Positions 61,439 to 64,000 of a stretch of 64,000 nucleotides of DNA are shown piece after piece. This stretch comes from Macrostomum lignano (Eukaryota): NCBI GenBank assembly GCA_002269645.1, contig NIVC01002962.1:39559-103558 (forward strand). The letters run 5' to 3'. Numbering within the stretch: position 1 is the stretch's first letter; every line of letters begins with the position of its first letter. Both the position numbers and the translations under genes were made by a program. The notes under the pieces are model-generated. The model saw only the letters and a program-made list of their open reading frames with translations, did not search any database and was not told the DNA's origin.

Positions 61439-62775
61439 TCATATAGTTCTTTATGATTGTTTTCCGTCTGAGTAACCCGGTGTTTGGGTCTCATCTATAA
61501 TGTCTCCTCATTTGTTGGGTTACAAAATTTAAGATGTCGTTATCTTTTAGCAAATCAAATATGCTTTTTAGACTTTTTCATTCCCTTGCGGCTTCGAAAT
61601 GGTTCGCCCAAGCTCTTAAAAATTGAAACAGTTTTTTTAATGAAAGAGACTTTTTCGTCAAGTTGCACATTAACTCGCCCTGACAGGCAGACAGTGCCAC
61701 AAACGGAATTATTTAATAATAAGGTTTTAGGTTTCTCACTAATATATGTAACTATAAATAATCCGTATCTTTCGTCTGGCTACTTTTGCGGATAGAATGA
61801 CGCTGCTGTAGGATCGATTAAGATGATCATTTTTTACGGTTGGTTTAGTTCTGGGAGATGTGGCAGGATTATGTAGAGGCTGTTATACTTTTAGCAAACA
61901 GGCTCAACTAAAGAGTAGAGGGGAATTTATTGATTTTCTAGAAACTTCTTTAACCAAGCATGTTGCGTGCTGTTGTTAGTGACAAGTTTCTGTATAAAGA
62001 GTCAAGCATTTTGCCTGCTTCCACAAGACGAACAGTGAGCAGTTGGAGTTGTAAGGTTAAGCTGAAAAGCTCTCTCTTGAAAGAAAATCAATAGCATGAT
62101 GACAAACTGCATATGCTGACTACCTTTGCGCCTCATTTTGTACTTTCTCGCTTTCTAAGCCCTTCTCACTTGAGCTGAGTGATGTGTGCTTGTGCTTCCT
62201 ACGTGCTATCAATATACTTGCACCGCATGACCTTTCTCCTCTCAGATGTAGTTAGTAGCGGGGGGGTTATAATGCGAGCATAGAATCTTTATTAATAATT
62301 TTTCCATTTTTTCTGTCCAACTTCTCTTCTCTCCTCTCTCTCTCTCTCTCCTCTCTCTTATTTCTTTCTGGTCAATTTTTCTCTTTTTGCTCGGGCATCG
62401 TTATTGAGGCATCGGGCTGCAAGCTGGAACGATTCTTCTTTAATTAATTCATCCTTCTATTCCTCATTTCTCTCTTCCCTCTCCCCTTCCTAGTCATTTC
62501 GTGCTCGATCGAACCAATTCCTGACGATAACCTCCGGTTATCCGTTTTTTTTAATTCTATACATACACACTGCACTTTAGACGAAACTATTATGTAGAGT
62601 ATTCTGCTCATAGAGTAAGATCACTTAGGCTCAGATCAATTTAATATATTCATACTTGTACTGGGGGCTATTGATTGGCCCCGATGAATTAAAATTCCTG
62701 CGTAGGCCACTGATTAGAGGTCTGCAGAATGATGCTTGTCTAAAAAGTATTCTTTTTTTGATGACCCAACATCAG

Positions 62776-62923
62776 GAATCTCCCGGAACATCAGCGACCT
62801 CCGCTGCAGCGCGCCGGCGGACCCCAATGTCAGCTGCCTGCTGCACCCGAGCACGCTGAATTCGGCTACCTGCGGCTAAGGCTTGGAAAAACTCCGGCTT
62901 GGAAAAACTCCGTGGATTGGACT
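62776..62923 (+). CDS. rdgA: DGK common exon ending ..KNSVDWT
   Basis: CAG acceptor 62773-62775; only the phase-2 entry frame is open; VDWT matches DGKZ STVDWS; donor GTGAGA at 62924. Confidence 0.75.
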
Positions 62924-62936
62924 GTGAGAGTTGCTA

Positions 62937-63090
62937 TGACCCTTGTTATGACCGATCATTGAATGACCTGGGTGATGACCAGCCCCTTGTTATGACCGAT
63001 CATTGAATGACCTGGATGATGCCATACCCTTGCTTTGACCGATCATCTAATGACCTGAATGATGACCGACCCTTGTTATGACCGATCATC
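62937..63090. repeat. Short tandem array (CCCTTGTTATGACCGATCATTGAATGACCTGG, 3-4 copies) in DGK intron
   Basis: Direct read. Confidence 0.85.
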
Positions 63091-63156
63091 TAGCTATATT
63101 TACCTGAATTATGAGCAACGCATATTATGAAATTACCAATGTAATACCAATTGCAG

Positions 63157-63240
63157 GACTCTGCCGTGAACGGTGAGCACACCTGGATTGACACCGGAGC
63201 TAGCGGCGATTTTTGCTACGTTGGAGAGTCCGACTGTTGC
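63157..63240 (+). CDS. rdgA: Type IV diacylglycerol kinase (DGK-zeta/iota/rdgA) exon, start of C1 domain; gene continues beyond window
   Basis: [28 protein letters not shown] closely matches DGKZ/DGKI ENAVNGEHxWxETNVSGDxCY(L/V)GE; CAG acceptor and GTGAGT donor. Confidence 0.92.
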
Positions 63241-63389
63241 GTGAGTTCAGTGTCACTCAGTCGCTTGATTTTTTTATTGAGTCTTCATGCACATTAATTA
63301 ATTTTGCATCTGGCAGTAAAAAGAAGTGACACTTGAAAATTATCATTCACACTGGCTGCTTTGCTCAGCTAAAAATGGCTGGTGTTTGC

Positions 63390-63652
63390 CGAGGTTGAGA
63401 GACGGTTGAGTTTGAGGGTTGAGAAAGAAAGGTTGAGAAAGGGTTGAGAGAGGGTTGTGAGACGGTTGAAGAGGATTGTGAGAAGGTTGTGAGACGGTTG
63501 AGAGATGGATGCTTGAAAGACGGTTGAGAGATGGATGGTTGATAGATGGGATGGTTGTGAGACGGTTGAAAGAGGGTTGTGAGAGGGTTGTGAAAGGGTT
63601 GAGAGATGGTTGAGAGATGGTTGAGAGACGGTTGAGAGAGGGTGTTGAGAGA
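63390..63652. repeat. Degenerate GGTTGAGAGA-type repeat in DGK intron
   Basis: Direct read. Confidence 0.85.
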
Positions 63653-64000
63653 CGCGCCGGCGTTTTAGGGCAGAGGGCAGAGGCTTATGTGACGTATAAA
63701 TAAACATGCTTGGTAAAAATTTGATAAAAGAGATCTTCAACAAAGGAAAGCAAAGTTGCAGTTAGACAATTGGAAGGTTGGAACGTAGCAATCAAGGATT
63801 TATATTTGGATCAACAGAAGAATAGGATGAATGAGAAATACTTATATCGATAGCTACTAGCGTAGATAAATATAGCTTTGATCGACCGACTGCAACTTAT
63901 AATTGAACGGGATCGATAATTAGCTAGGTATATTGTAAGCATAAAAAACTTTTACAATCGTGACAATTTCGTGTTATCTCAGTTCAGTCATTTTCCAACC

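Overview
Animal (metazoan) genomic DNA with GT-AG introns, GC-rich exons and very dense tandem repeats. The style is consistent with a flatworm such as Macrostomum, but that is inference only. Protein-coding content: (1) an intronless B-box-like/coiled-coil/NHL-like TRIM-type gene (684-2300, +); (2) a complete ASAP-family ArfGAP gene (BAR-PH-ArfGAP-ankyrin-Pro-rich-SH3; 13 exons read by hand, 5028-26139, +, about 1264 aa, plus a candidate microexon); (3) a two-exon, 875-aa gene of unrecognised family nested antisense in ASAP intron 5 (14158-11323, -); (4) the 5' part of a type IV diacylglycerol kinase (DGK-zeta/iota/rdgA-like) with apparently alternative first exons (48404-63240+, runs off the window). 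Mobile DNA: a 3.9-kb non-autonomous hAT element with perfect TIRs and an 8-bp TSD that carries a satellite built from its own subterminal motif, two MITEs, a decayed LINE, and several tRNA-derived SINEs including a CORE-SINE. About 20 unrelated micro/minisatellite arrays explain most long ORFs in the supplied track. No CRISPR, rRNA or intact tRNA gene is supported. No clearly new molecular system is proven. The best leads are the nested antisense orphan gene, the satellite-bearing hAT element, the ASAP microexon with compensating acceptors, and the intron-filling satellites. All homology calls come from remembered family motifs, not database searches.
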